Positions 45,466-54,540 of a DNA stretch of 64,000 bases are shown piece by piece. Below the pieces are notes generated by a model, which did no database searches, was not told where the DNA came from, and saw only the letters and a program-made list of their open reading frames with translations. Numbering within the stretch: the first letter of the stretch is position 1; every line of letters begins with the position of its first letter. The stretch is from Polyangia bacterium (GTDB taxonomy: Bacteria > Myxococcota_A > Polyangia > Palsa-1104): contig DATNAQ010000031.1 in assembly GCA_035607415.1 (NCBI GenBank), positions 85,357-149,356 of the forward strand, given 5' to 3'. A program made the position numbers and the translations under genes.

Positions 45466-47259
45466 ATGATGACATCTGCGCCGCCGCTTGCGCCGCGCGC
45501 ACCCAAGCCGCGGCTGGCGCGCGTGTTCCACGACACGCTCGGCGGGTACCTGCGCGAGCTGTCACCCCCGTCGCGGCGCTTCTGGATCCTGGTGCCGCTG
45601 GTCGGCCTCATCGCCGGCGTCGGCGCCGTCGCCGGCGTGCACTTCATGCAGCTCGTGCAGTCGCTGGCTTGGCACGGCCACGGCTCGCTCCTCGACGTCA
45701 CGCAGGCGGCACCGGCGTGGCGCCGCGTGGTCGTGCCGATCGGCGCCGGCGTCATCATCGTGCTCGTCTCGCTCGTGCTCGGCCCCGCCGCCGAAGGGCA
45801 CGGCTCGTCGGAGATCCTGGAGTCGATCTGGGTGCGCTCGGGCCGCATGAAGCTGCGCGCCGCGCTCGCCCGCGGCTTCCTCACGCTCGTCGCCGTCGCC
45901 ATGGGCGCCTCGGTCGGTCGCGAAGGCGCGCTCATCTACTTCGGCGCCGCCGCCGCCAGCTGGCTCGGACGCCGCGCCAACGTCGACGCCGATCAGCTCA
46001 AGCTGCTGGTCGCGTGCGGCGCCTCGGCCGGTATCGCCGCCGCCTACAACACGCCCATCGGCGGCGCGCTCTTCGGCCTCGAGGTGTTCCTCGGCGGCCT
46101 GTCGCTCGAGCTCTACGGCCCCATCATCTTCTCCACCGTCTCGGCGACGCTGATCTCGCGCGCGCTGCTCGAGGATCATCCGTCGTACGTCATCCCGCCC
46201 TACAAGCTGGAGAATGCGCGCGAGCTCATCCTCTACCTCGTGCTCGGCGCGCTCGTCGGCGTGGTCTCGGCGCTGTTCGTGCGCACCGTCGAGACGACGT
46301 CGGAGTGGTCACACCGCATGAACAAGCGCGTGCGGCGCGTCCTACCGATCGTGTCGCTGGCGGTGCTCGGCGTCGCCGGCATCTTCTACCCACAGCTCTA
46401 CGGCAACGGCTACGACACGGTGAACATGGCGCTCGTCGGGGCGCTGCCGCTGGTCCTCATCCTCACGCTGCCGCTGCTCAAGCTCGCGGTCTCGGCGTTG
46501 TGCGCGTCGTCGGGCGTGCCGGGCGGGCTGTTCACGCCGTCGCTCTACGTCGGCGCGCTCACGGGCGGCGCCTTCGGCAGCCTCGCGCACTGGCTGTGGC
46601 CCCACGTGGTGCCGTCGACGGGCGGCTACGTGCTCGTCGGCATGGCCGCGATCCTCGCCGGCTCGACGCACGCGACCATGGCCGCCGCGCTCATGCTGTT
46701 CGAGATGACCGGCAGCTACGGCGTGATCCTGCCGCTGCTCGCCGCCTGCGTCGTCTCGGCGGTGGTCAGCCGCGCGCTCACGCCCGAGTCGATCTACACG
46801 GCGCCGCTCAAGCGCAAGGGCGTCGAGCTGCCGCGCATCACCAGACCGGCGTGGATGCAGCGCACCGGCGTGCGCTCGCTGGTGCGCGCCGACGCGCCCA
46901 AGGTCGGACCCGAGACGCGGCTCGCCGACGTCGTCACCAAGATGGCGACGATGGCCGAGGGCGACGACCTGTTCGTCGTCGGCGCCGGCGGCGAGCTGCT
47001 CGGCATGATCACGCTCGAGGCGCTGCGCGAGGTGCTGGCCGATCTGCCCGATCTCGATCTCGTCGTCGCCGCCGACGTGATGGAGCGCGCCGGCGCCGTC
47101 TCCGTCGACGCCTCCTTGTGGGAAGCGACGCGCCGCGCGCTCGCCGCCGAGTCGACGCGCCTGCCGGTGATCTCGCCGCGCGAGGGCAACCGCTTCGTCG
47201 GCACGCTCGCCATCCCCGACGTGCTCGCCGCCGCGCGCCGCGCCGACACGCTCAGCTAG
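45466..47259 (+). CDS. ClC-family chloride channel/transporter with C-terminal CBS pair
   Basis: GREGA (gating Glu), GVPGGLFTPS and GxxHATMAAALMLFEMTG motifs are present. Two CBS-like segments lie in the last ~140 aa. ATG at 45466 is preferred over TTG at 45427. Confidence 0.85.
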   Translation: MMTSAPPLAPRAPKPRLARVFHDTLGGYLRELSPPSRRFWILVPLVGLIAGVGAVAGVHFMQLVQSLAWHGHGSLLDVTQAAPAWRRVVVPIGAGVIIVLVSLVLGPAAEGHGSSEILESIWVRSGRMKLRAALARGFLTLVAVAMGASVGREGALIYFGAAAASWLGRRANVDADQLKLLVACGASAGIAAAYNTPIGGALFGLEVFLGGLSLELYGPIIFSTVSATLISRALLEDHPSYVIPPYKLENARELILYLVLGALVGVVSALFVRTVETTSEWSHRMNKRVRRVLPIVSLAVLGVAGIFYPQLYGNGYDTVNMALVGALPLVLILTLPLLKLAVSALCASSGVPGGLFTPSLYVGALTGGAFGSLAHWLWPHVVPSTGGYVLVGMAAILAGSTHATMAAALMLFEMTGSYGVILPLLAACVVSAVVSRALTPESIYTAPLKRKGVELPRITRPAWMQRTGVRSLVRADAPKVGPETRLADVVTKMATMAEGDDLFVVGAGGELLGMITLEALREVLADLPDLDLVVAADVMERAGAVSVDASLWEATRRALAAESTRLPVISPREGNRFVGTLAIPDVLAAARRADTLS

Positions 47260-49174
47260 CGACGGGCGGGAAGTAGACGCCCTTGGCGCCGAGCTCGTGG
47301 CCGGCGGGAAGGCCGGTGCCGAGCTCGTCGATGCGGAAGACGTCGGCGGGCAGGCGCAGCGACTCGCGCAGCCGCTCCATCGTCGCCGGCACGAACGGAT
47401 AGAGCATGATCATGAGGTTCTTGAGCACGTAGAACGCCGAGTAGAGCGCGTTGCGCCGCCCCTCCTCCGGATGACGATCGTCGTGCGGCTTGTACTGCGT
47501 GAACAAGCTGTTGATGGTGCGCGCGTAGTTCTCGAGGTCGAAGAGCAGCGTCGGCCAGTCGGCGCGCTCCATCGCGCGCACGTAGCGCTGCACGATGCGC
47601 GCGGTGTCGGCCACCACCTTGTCGAGCAGCACGCCGTCGGGGACGCGGCCGCCGAACTTCGAGTGCGCCGCCGAGATCGGGCGCTCGAAGGCCGCGTTCA
47701 TCGGTCCGGCGAGGAAGGCGTTGCGCTCGTCGAGCGTGTCGAACTCGAAGTTCGACTGCTTCTCGGGCAGCCCGAGGAGCGCGAGGAAGTAGCGGATCTG
47801 ATCGGGGTCGTACTTTTTTTCGTCGAGCAGCTGGTCGGCGGTCACGAAGTTGCCGCGCGACTTCGACATCTTCTCGCCGCCGACGGTGAGGTGGAAGCAG
47901 CTGAAGACGTCGGTGAGCGTCAGGTCGCCGCGCGCCGGCGCGCGGTGCGGATCGTCCTGCGTGCCGAGCCACATCGCGCCCTGCATGAGCACGTAGAAGA
48001 AGACGTTGTCCTGCCCGAGGAACTGGCAGATGCGCGCCTCGGGATCGCGCCAGAACTCGTCGGCGCGCGCAGGATCTTCGCCGCGCTTCGCCAGCGCCAC
48101 CTGACTGAACGAGACCGGCGCGATCAGCGAATCGGGCCAGACGTAGAGCGTCTTGCCGGCGAGCTCGCCGTCGAATTCGGGCGGCAGCGGAATGCCCCAG
48201 CTGACGTCGCGGGTGATGGCGCGATGCGCCCAGTCGTCGGCGAGCTCGCTCTCGATGCCGTTGCCGTCGAGGACGCCGCGCGCCTCGTCGAGCGCGCGAC
48301 GGTCGGCGAACTGCAACACCACCTTCTTGCCGAGAGCGTACTTGCTCTTGTGCGCGGGCAGCGCGGGCTTGAGGAGCTTATAGGCCGCCTCGTGCGCGCC
48401 GTCGAAGCGCAGCGCCGGCAACAGGTAGCCGAGCACGTCGGTGTAGAGCGTCGGGCGCCACGTCTTCTTCTTGCCCTCGGCCCACACGCGCAGCGTCTCC
48501 GAGACCGCGCCCATGTCGAGCCACAGGTGCGTGGTATCGCGCATGACCGGCACCGCGTCGGACAACGTCGAGCGCGGCGAGCCCAGCGCCGTCGGCGCGT
48601 ACTGCTTGCCGCAGCGGTTGCATTCGTCGGAGAACGCGTCGTCGTTGTCGCACTTCGGGTTGGGGCATTTGCCGCGCACGAGCCGATCGGGCAAGAAGCG
48701 GCCGAGCGTGGGATCGAACCACTGCTGCGTGGTGCGCTTCGCGAGGAGCCCGTGGTCGCGCAGCCGGCGCAGGAACCAATGCGCGTTGGCGACGTGCGTG
48801 GGAAACGTGTCGGGCCGCGACGTGCCGCTATAGACGTCGAGGGCGATGTGATAGCGCGCGAGCGAGCGCGCCTGCTGATCGTGGATGTCGTCGATGAAGT
48901 CGCGGATCGGCTTCCCGGCGGCGAGCGCGGCGACTTCGCTGGTCGAGCCGTGGTCGTCGGTGCCGCAGACGAAGAGCACGTTCTGCCGGCCGATGACGAG
49001 CCCGAGCCAGCGCGCATGGATGTCGGCGGGCACGTGCGCGCCGGCGAGGTGCCCGAGGTGCAGCGGGCCGTTCGCGTAGGGCATGCCGGCGGTGACCACG
49101 GCGCGGCGCGGGCGCGGCACGCGCGCCAGGATCGACGGCACGTCCGTCGGCGGTGCGTGGGGAGCCGAGGCCAT
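47252..49174 (-). CDS. metG: Methionyl-tRNA synthetase
   Basis: HLGH (PYANGPLHLGHLAG), a zinc knuckle (CPNPKCDNDD...CNRCG) and KMSKS are present. ATG at 49174. An extra ~55-aa segment lies before the ISRD/WGIP region. The 3' end overlaps the convergent ClC gene by 8 nt. Confidence 0.9.
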   Translation of the reverse strand: MASAPHAPPTDVPSILARVPRPRRAVVTAGMPYANGPLHLGHLAGAHVPADIHARWLGLVIGRQNVLFVCGTDDHGSTSEVAALAAGKPIRDFIDDIHDQQARSLARYHIALDVYSGTSRPDTFPTHVANAHWFLRRLRDHGLLAKRTTQQWFDPTLGRFLPDRLVRGKCPNPKCDNDDAFSDECNRCGKQYAPTALGSPRSTLSDAVPVMRDTTHLWLDMGAVSETLRVWAEGKKKTWRPTLYTDVLGYLLPALRFDGAHEAAYKLLKPALPAHKSKYALGKKVVLQFADRRALDEARGVLDGNGIESELADDWAHRAITRDVSWGIPLPPEFDGELAGKTLYVWPDSLIAPVSFSQVALAKRGEDPARADEFWRDPEARICQFLGQDNVFFYVLMQGAMWLGTQDDPHRAPARGDLTLTDVFSCFHLTVGGEKMSKSRGNFVTADQLLDEKKYDPDQIRYFLALLGLPEKQSNFEFDTLDERNAFLAGPMNAAFERPISAAHSKFGGRVPDGVLLDKVVADTARIVQRYVRAMERADWPTLLFDLENYARTINSLFTQYKPHDDRHPEEGRRNALYSAFYVLKNLMIMLYPFVPATMERLRESLRLPADVFRIDELGTGLPAGHELGAKGVYFPPVAS

Positions 49175-49231
49175 CCCCCGAGGGTACCGCAATCGCCGCG
49201 CGATTCGGCGCGCGCCCGTTGGGGACAGTGC

Positions 49232-50731
49232 CTAGTCGTAGCGGCGCGTGAGCGGCCAGATCTCGGCGACCGGCACGCGCGGGTGGCGCGACACGTAGAC
49301 CGGCAGCTCGTCCTCGTACGGCATCACCCACGGGTTCGGCGGCAGCCGCGCCGCTTCGCGCACGTCGTCGAACGTCTTTTCGAGATCGCGCTTGCGCTCA
49401 CCGACGGAGATGACGATGTCGCCCGTCGGCGGGCCCCACATCCAGTAGGCGTTGTGCCCGCTCGTCGCCGGCGGCAGGCCGTCGCGCGCGCCGAACAGGT
49501 CGAGCGCGCCCGCCTCGCCGTAGTTGTGGGTGTACAGCGATGCGCGTCGCCGCTCCTCGGGCGGCAGCGACCAATAGACGCGCGCCACCGCCGCCTCCAG
49601 CTCGGGCCAGCCGTGCTCGTCGGAGAAGATCTGCGACAGCGGGCGATAGTCGAGCCGCTCGGTGTGCGGCGGATCGAAGTGCAGCGCCATCTGGTAGCCG
49701 AGCAGCGACGGCACCGACAAGACGGGCAGCGCCAGCGGCAGCGTCACGAGGCCGCCCGCCGCCAGCACGCCGAGCGCGAGCGCGCGCGACCACACGCGCT
49801 CGAGCAGCGACTCGATCGCCACGCCGCCCGCGGCGAACAGCAGCGGATAGAGCGACGCGAGATAGTAGATCTTGCCGTGACCCGCGATCACGATCCCCGC
49901 CGCCACCAGCGCCGCGACGCCGAGCGGCCGCAGCCGCGGCACGCGCAACAGCTGCCACAGCCCGAGCATCCACACCGGCGCCGCCAGCGGATGCAACAGC
50001 TCGAGCTGCCCGACGAAGAACCCGAGCGGCGACACCGGCTCGTTCTTGTAGAGCCGCCCGTTGCGCAGAAGCTCGAGCATCGGCCAGCCGTGGCCGATCT
50101 GCCACGCCACCTGCGGCAGCACGATCAGCGCCGCCAGCGCCATCGCCGCCACGAACCAGCGCGTCGCCAGCAGGCGCCGCTGCTTCGTCGCCGCCAGGCC
50201 GACGACGAGCGCGATCGCGAAGAACGCGACCGAGTGCTTGTCGAGGAGGCCCACGCCGATGATCGCGCCGCCGAGCACCCAGAGCCGCGCATCGGCGCCG
50301 TCGACGATCGCGAGCACCACCAGCGCCGCGCCGAGCCACACCAGCGGCTCGAACGCGTTCATCGTCAGGAGATGCCCGAAGGCGAGGAAGATCGGCGCCA
50401 GCGCCGTCGCCGTCGCCGCCATCGCCTGCGCGAAGGCTCCGCCGCCCATGCGCCGCGCCGCGTGCGCCACGAGCAGCACCAGCGCCGCATGCGCCAGCGC
50501 CGCCGGCAGGCGGAACAGATAGAGCGACTGGCCGATCGAAAAGATCCGCGCCATCAGCGCGATCAACGGCGGCTGATCGACATAGCCCCACGCCAGGTGG
50601 TGCCCGCACGCCACGAAGTACAGCTCGTCGCGAAACCAGCCGTAGCGCCCGCTCGTCGCCACGTGCACGACCAGCACGCACGCCGCGATCGCCCACGCCC
50701 ACGAGCTCAGCCGTCGCGTCGACGCGTCCAT
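49232..50731 (-). CDS. GT-C fold glycosyltransferase (family 39 / ArnT-PMT-like)
   Basis: About 11 TM segments. The first-loop motif FRDELYF (DE motif) is present, followed by a soluble C-terminal domain. The start is ATG 50731 or GTG 50734. Confidence 0.75.
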   Translation of the reverse strand: MDASTRRLSSWAWAIAACVLVVHVATSGRYGWFRDELYFVACGHHLAWGYVDQPPLIALMARIFSIGQSLYLFRLPAALAHAALVLLVAHAARRMGGGAFAQAMAATATALAPIFLAFGHLLTMNAFEPLVWLGAALVVLAIVDGADARLWVLGGAIIGVGLLDKHSVAFFAIALVVGLAATKQRRLLATRWFVAAMALAALIVLPQVAWQIGHGWPMLELLRNGRLYKNEPVSPLGFFVGQLELLHPLAAPVWMLGLWQLLRVPRLRPLGVAALVAAGIVIAGHGKIYYLASLYPLLFAAGGVAIESLLERVWSRALALGVLAAGGLVTLPLALPVLSVPSLLGYQMALHFDPPHTERLDYRPLSQIFSDEHGWPELEAAVARVYWSLPPEERRRASLYTHNYGEAGALDLFGARDGLPPATSGHNAYWMWGPPTGDIVISVGERKRDLEKTFDDVREAARLPPNPWVMPYEDELPVYVSRHPRVPVAEIWPLTRRYD

Positions 50732-50782
50732 CACCCGTGATGACTCAACATCGCCGCGCGCCGCGTTGTTCCGGCCCGCGCG

Positions 50783-52675
50783 CTAGTCTTCGTCTTCGTC
50801 TTTGTGCGCGCCGCCGCCCGCGTTGAGCAGCTGATACGCGCGCGCATAGCTCGGCGAGCTCGACGGCACGATCTTGATGGCCTGGTGCCAATAGGTCTTG
50901 GCCTGCGCCGGATTCGACTTCTGCACCGACGCGCCCTTGTCGGTCAGCTCCTTGGCCTTCGACTCGAGCTGCTTCAACAGGCCGCCGTCGCCGGCGCCGG
51001 CCCGCTGCGCCGCCTGCACCGCCGCGAACGCCTGCTCGTACCTGCCCTGCGAGAACGCCTGCTGCGCCAGCGGAATCTGCAGCTTGCCGATGCGCTGCTT
51101 GAAGTAGCCGGCGTGCTGCCCGTGGCCGACGCGCCCGTCGATGGCCATGGCCGCCTCGTAGTCGCTCACCGCCGCCTGCGGGTTCTTGCCCTCGTCGCTG
51201 GCCGCCTTGTCGAGCACCGACTTCAGGTCGCGAATCTGGTTGGCGAACGCGACCGTCTTCTCCATCTGCTTGAGCGGCTGATTGCGCGACTCGAGGCGAT
51301 AGAGCCGCTCGGCGTTGGCGAAGTCCTTCGCCTTGTAGGCCGCGGCCGCCTGCGCCGACGACGGCGCCTCCATCGCCTCCTTCTTGCCGAGCTTGACCGG
51401 CGCGAAGTCGTCGTCGTCCTTGATGGTCGGAACCTTCACCTTCTTCTCGTGGACCGGCTCCTTCTGCGCCGTCGCCTTCGGTTCCTTGACCGGCGGCGGC
51501 TCCTTGACCGGCGGCGGCGTCGGCTTGGCCTGCGCCACCGCGACCGGCTTCGACTCCGTCGTCGGCAGCGGCGTCGACACCACCGTGTTCGCCGGCGGCG
51601 GCGGCAGATCGACGCGCAGCTTCGGCGCCAGCGCGCGCGCATCGACGTTGCCCGGATCGAGCGCGAGCGCCTGCTGCAGCCGCGCGCGCGCCGTGTCCGG
51701 ATCCTCTTGTTGCAGCCGGCGCGCCTCTTCGACGTCCTCGGCCGCGGCCTTGGGCGCCATCTCTTTGCGCCGCCGCGCCGCATCCTCGTGCACCAGCGAC
51801 GCCGAGTCGACGGCGTCGAGCGCCTTGACCGCCTCGGCATAACGATGCGCCGCGATCGCGCGCTCCGCCGTCTGCATCGCGCCGCGCGCGTGCACCTCGA
51901 GATCGCACGCCGCCACGTAGCGCTTGGCGTCGTTCGAGTCGGGCGCCATCTGCAGCGCGTCGTTGAAGTTGATCTTGGCGCCCTCGTAATCCTTCGCCAG
52001 GAACAGCTTGAGCCCGGCGCGATACGACTGCTCCGCCTCGCTCGCCACCACCGGCGGCTTGGCCAGCGCCGTCTTGGCGATGATCACGACGAGCGAGATC
52101 AGGCAGAGCCCGCCCATCGTCGACAGCACGATCAGCCGATTCTTCGGCGACTGCAGCGGCGTGGCCAGCCCGATCGGCAGCGAGATCGAGTTCGACGCGC
52201 CGATGCCCATCGGCACCGCGCGCGGCACGTTCTCCGACGGCGTGTCGACCGGCGACGGCGCCAGCGGATAGCCGGTGGCGATCGGCGACGAGTACGCGGA
52301 CGGCGCCGGCGGCGCCGAGTACGACGGCGGCGGCGGCGAGTGCGCCTGCGCCATCTGCGGCATCGGCGGCTGCGCGCGCGCCGCGGCCTGATCGAAGCGC
52401 ATGAGCGTGTTGCCGCACTCGATCTGATCGCCGTCGTTCAGGATCACCGTGTCGTGGCGCTGGCCGTTGACCAGCGTGCCGTTGCCCGAGCCGAGATCGC
52501 GCAGGCGGTAGCGCCCGTTCTCGGCGTGAATCGTGAAGTGGCGCCGCGACACCGCGATGTCGGCGAGCACGAGATCCTGATCGGCGCCGCGCCCGATGCG
52601 TGTCTCGGGCAGGACGAGCTCGTAGGTGCGCCCGCGGTCGGCCCCCCCGATGACGTGCAGGACAGCAAGTGCCAT
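50783..52675 (-). CDS. FHA-domain membrane protein with extracytoplasmic TPR-like/helical region
   Basis: ATG at 52675. FHA (RIGRGADQDLVLADIAVSRRHF...DLGSGNGTLVNGQ), a Pro-rich linker, a TM segment (LIVLSTMGGLCLISLVVIIA) and TPR-like helices (YRAGLKLFLAKDYEGAKINFNDAL). The tail is acidic (KDEDED). Confidence 0.8.
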   Translation of the reverse strand: MALAVLHVIGGADRGRTYELVLPETRIGRGADQDLVLADIAVSRRHFTIHAENGRYRLRDLGSGNGTLVNGQRHDTVILNDGDQIECGNTLMRFDQAAARAQPPMPQMAQAHSPPPPSYSAPPAPSAYSSPIATGYPLAPSPVDTPSENVPRAVPMGIGASNSISLPIGLATPLQSPKNRLIVLSTMGGLCLISLVVIIAKTALAKPPVVASEAEQSYRAGLKLFLAKDYEGAKINFNDALQMAPDSNDAKRYVAACDLEVHARGAMQTAERAIAAHRYAEAVKALDAVDSASLVHEDAARRRKEMAPKAAAEDVEEARRLQQEDPDTARARLQQALALDPGNVDARALAPKLRVDLPPPPANTVVSTPLPTTESKPVAVAQAKPTPPPVKEPPPVKEPKATAQKEPVHEKKVKVPTIKDDDDFAPVKLGKKEAMEAPSSAQAAAAYKAKDFANAERLYRLESRNQPLKQMEKTVAFANQIRDLKSVLDKAASDEGKNPQAAVSDYEAAMAIDGRVGHGQHAGYFKQRIGKLQIPLAQQAFSQGRYEQAFAAVQAAQRAGAGDGGLLKQLESKAKELTDKGASVQKSNPAQAKTYWHQAIKIVPSSSPSYARAYQLLNAGGGAHKDEDED

Positions 52676-52711
52676 CGCGCGAAGTTTATCACGTGCTATA
52701 AGCGAAACGCC

Positions 52712-53377
52712 ATGCGCGTCGCCTATCCACCGTCCGCGAATTCCGCGACACCACGCCCGGGCAAGATCTTGGGTGTTGGACGCAACTACCGCGAGCACGC
52801 CGCCGAATTGAACAACGCCGTGCCGACGGAGCCGCTCCTGTTTTTCAAGCCGCCGTCGGCGATCGTGCCGTCGGGCGCGCCGATCGTGCGCCCGCGCCCC
52901 GCATCTGGTGATTGGCGCGTCGACTTCGAGGGTGAATTGGGCGTGGTCATCGGCAAGCGCTGCCGCCGCGTCTCGAAGAAGGACGCCATGTCCTACGTGG
53001 CCGGCTACACCATCGTCAACGACGTCACCGTGCGCGACCTGCAGAAGAAGGACGGGCAGTTCACGCGCGCCAAGGGCTTCGACAGCTTCTGCCCGTGCGG
53101 ACCCTTCCTCGTCGACGACATCGATCCGACGCAGCTCCACATCGTCACCAGGCTCGACGGCGTGGTGAAGCAGGACGGCTGGACGCGCGACATGATCTTC
53201 GACATCCCGACGATCATCGAGGTCGCCTCGCGCGTGATGACGCTCGAGCCGGGCGATCTGATCTCGACGGGGACGCCGTCGGGCGTGGCGCCGATCCTGC
53301 CCGGCATGACCGTCGAGATCACCATCGAAGGCATCGGCACCCTCGTCAATTCCGTCGTGGAGGAGTCAGAGTCATGA
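52712..53377 (+). CDS. Fumarylacetoacetate hydrolase (FAH) family protein
   Basis: 221 aa. Motifs: KILGVGRNY, FFKPPSA, metal/active-site region FEGELGVVIG, and DLISTGTPSGV. Confidence 0.85.
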   Translation: MRVAYPPSANSATPRPGKILGVGRNYREHAAELNNAVPTEPLLFFKPPSAIVPSGAPIVRPRPASGDWRVDFEGELGVVIGKRCRRVSKKDAMSYVAGYTIVNDVTVRDLQKKDGQFTRAKGFDSFCPCGPFLVDDIDPTQLHIVTRLDGVVKQDGWTRDMIFDIPTIIEVASRVMTLEPGDLISTGTPSGVAPILPGMTVEITIEGIGTLVNSVVEESES

Positions 53378-54540
53378 GCTTCGTGCTCGCCCAGCGCATC
53401 AAGGAGCTTCCGCCCTACCTGTTCGCCGACATCGACAAGAAGAAGGCGGCGCTGCGCGCGCAGGGCAAGGATCTGATCGATCTCGGCATCGGCGACCCCG
53501 ATCTGCCGACGCCGGCGCACATCGTCCAGGCGATGCAGCAGGCGGCCGCGGAGCCGCGCTTCCATCGCTATCCCTCGTACGAGGGCATGAAGGAGTTTCG
53601 CGAGGCGGCGGTCGCCTGGTATCAGCGGCGCTTCGGCGTCACTCTCGACGCGGCGACCGAGTGCTGCGCGCTCATCGGATCCAAGGAAGGCATCGCGCAC
53701 TTCCCGGTCGCGTTCGTCAACCCGGGCGACGTCGTGCTCGTGCCCGATCCGGGCTATCCGGTCTACGCGACCTGGACGCGCTTCGTCGGCGGCGAGGTGC
53801 ACTACATGCCGCTCCGGCGCGAAAACGGCTTCCTGCCCGATCTGAGCGCGATCCCGGCCGACGTGGCCAAGCGCGCGAAGATGATGTGGGTGAACTATCC
53901 GAACAACCCGACGGCGGCGCTGGCCACGCGCGACTTCTACGCGCGCGTCGTGGAGTTCGCCAAGAAGCACGACATCATCGTCGCCAGCGACGTGGCCTAC
54001 TCGGAGGTGTTCTTCGACGGCGAGCCGCCGATCTCGTTCCTCGAGACGCCCGGCGCGCGCGACGTGGGCATCGAGTTCCAGTCCCTGTCGAAGACCTACA
54101 ACATGACCGGGTGGCGCATCGGGTTCGCGGTGGGCAACGCGACGCTCGTCGGTGGGCTCGGCAAGGTCAAGACCAACACCGACTCCGGCGCGTTCGAGGC
54201 GGTGCAGGCGGCGGCGGTGGCGGCGCTGTCGACGGCGTCGGATGCGGCGGTCGAGAAGATGCGCGCCATCTATAAGGAGCGGCGCGAGGTCTTGTGCGGC
54301 GGGCTCCAGCGCGCGGGGTTCGAGGTGCTGGCCCCGAAGGCGACGTTCTACGTGCTCGTGGTCTGCCCGAAGGGCGTGACGTCGTCGGAGTTCGTGTCGC
54401 GGCTGCTCGACGCGGGCGTGGTGGCCACGCCGGCGACCGGATTCGGCGCCTGCGGCGAGGGCTACGTGCGGCTGACGCTGTGCGCGGACAAGGCGCGGCT
54501 GGCCGAGGCGGCGGAGCGGGTCCAACGCGCGCGCGTCTAG
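53374..54540 (+). CDS. dapL: LL-diaminopimelate aminotransferase-type class I aminotransferase
   Basis: ATG overlaps the FAH stop (ATGA). The N-terminal LPPYLFADIDKKK is typical of DapL. NYPNNPT and the PLP-Lys context SLSKTYNMTGWRIG are present. Confidence 0.75.
   Translation: MSFVLAQRIKELPPYLFADIDKKKAALRAQGKDLIDLGIGDPDLPTPAHIVQAMQQAAAEPRFHRYPSYEGMKEFREAAVAWYQRRFGVTLDAATECCALIGSKEGIAHFPVAFVNPGDVVLVPDPGYPVYATWTRFVGGEVHYMPLRRENGFLPDLSAIPADVAKRAKMMWVNYPNNPTAALATRDFYARVVEFAKKHDIIVASDVAYSEVFFDGEPPISFLETPGARDVGIEFQSLSKTYNMTGWRIGFAVGNATLVGGLGKVKTNTDSGAFEAVQAAAVAALSTASDAAVEKMRAIYKERREVLCGGLQRAGFEVLAPKATFYVLVVCPKGVTSSEFVSRLLDAGVVATPATGFGACGEGYVRLTLCADKARLAEAAERVQRARV

Noticed and set aside
44524-45935. 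Pro/Ala/Arg-rich ORFs (228 aa plus strand, 467 aa minus strand) around the HK-like/ClC junction
   Set aside because: They are low-complexity translations of GC-rich DNA that overlap better-supported genes (HK-like 44615..45442, ClC 45466..47259).
47297-50740. 1147-aa plus-strand ORF
   Set aside because: It is an Arg/Glu/His-rich shadow opposite MetRS and the GT-C glycosyltransferase. It has no domain signatures.
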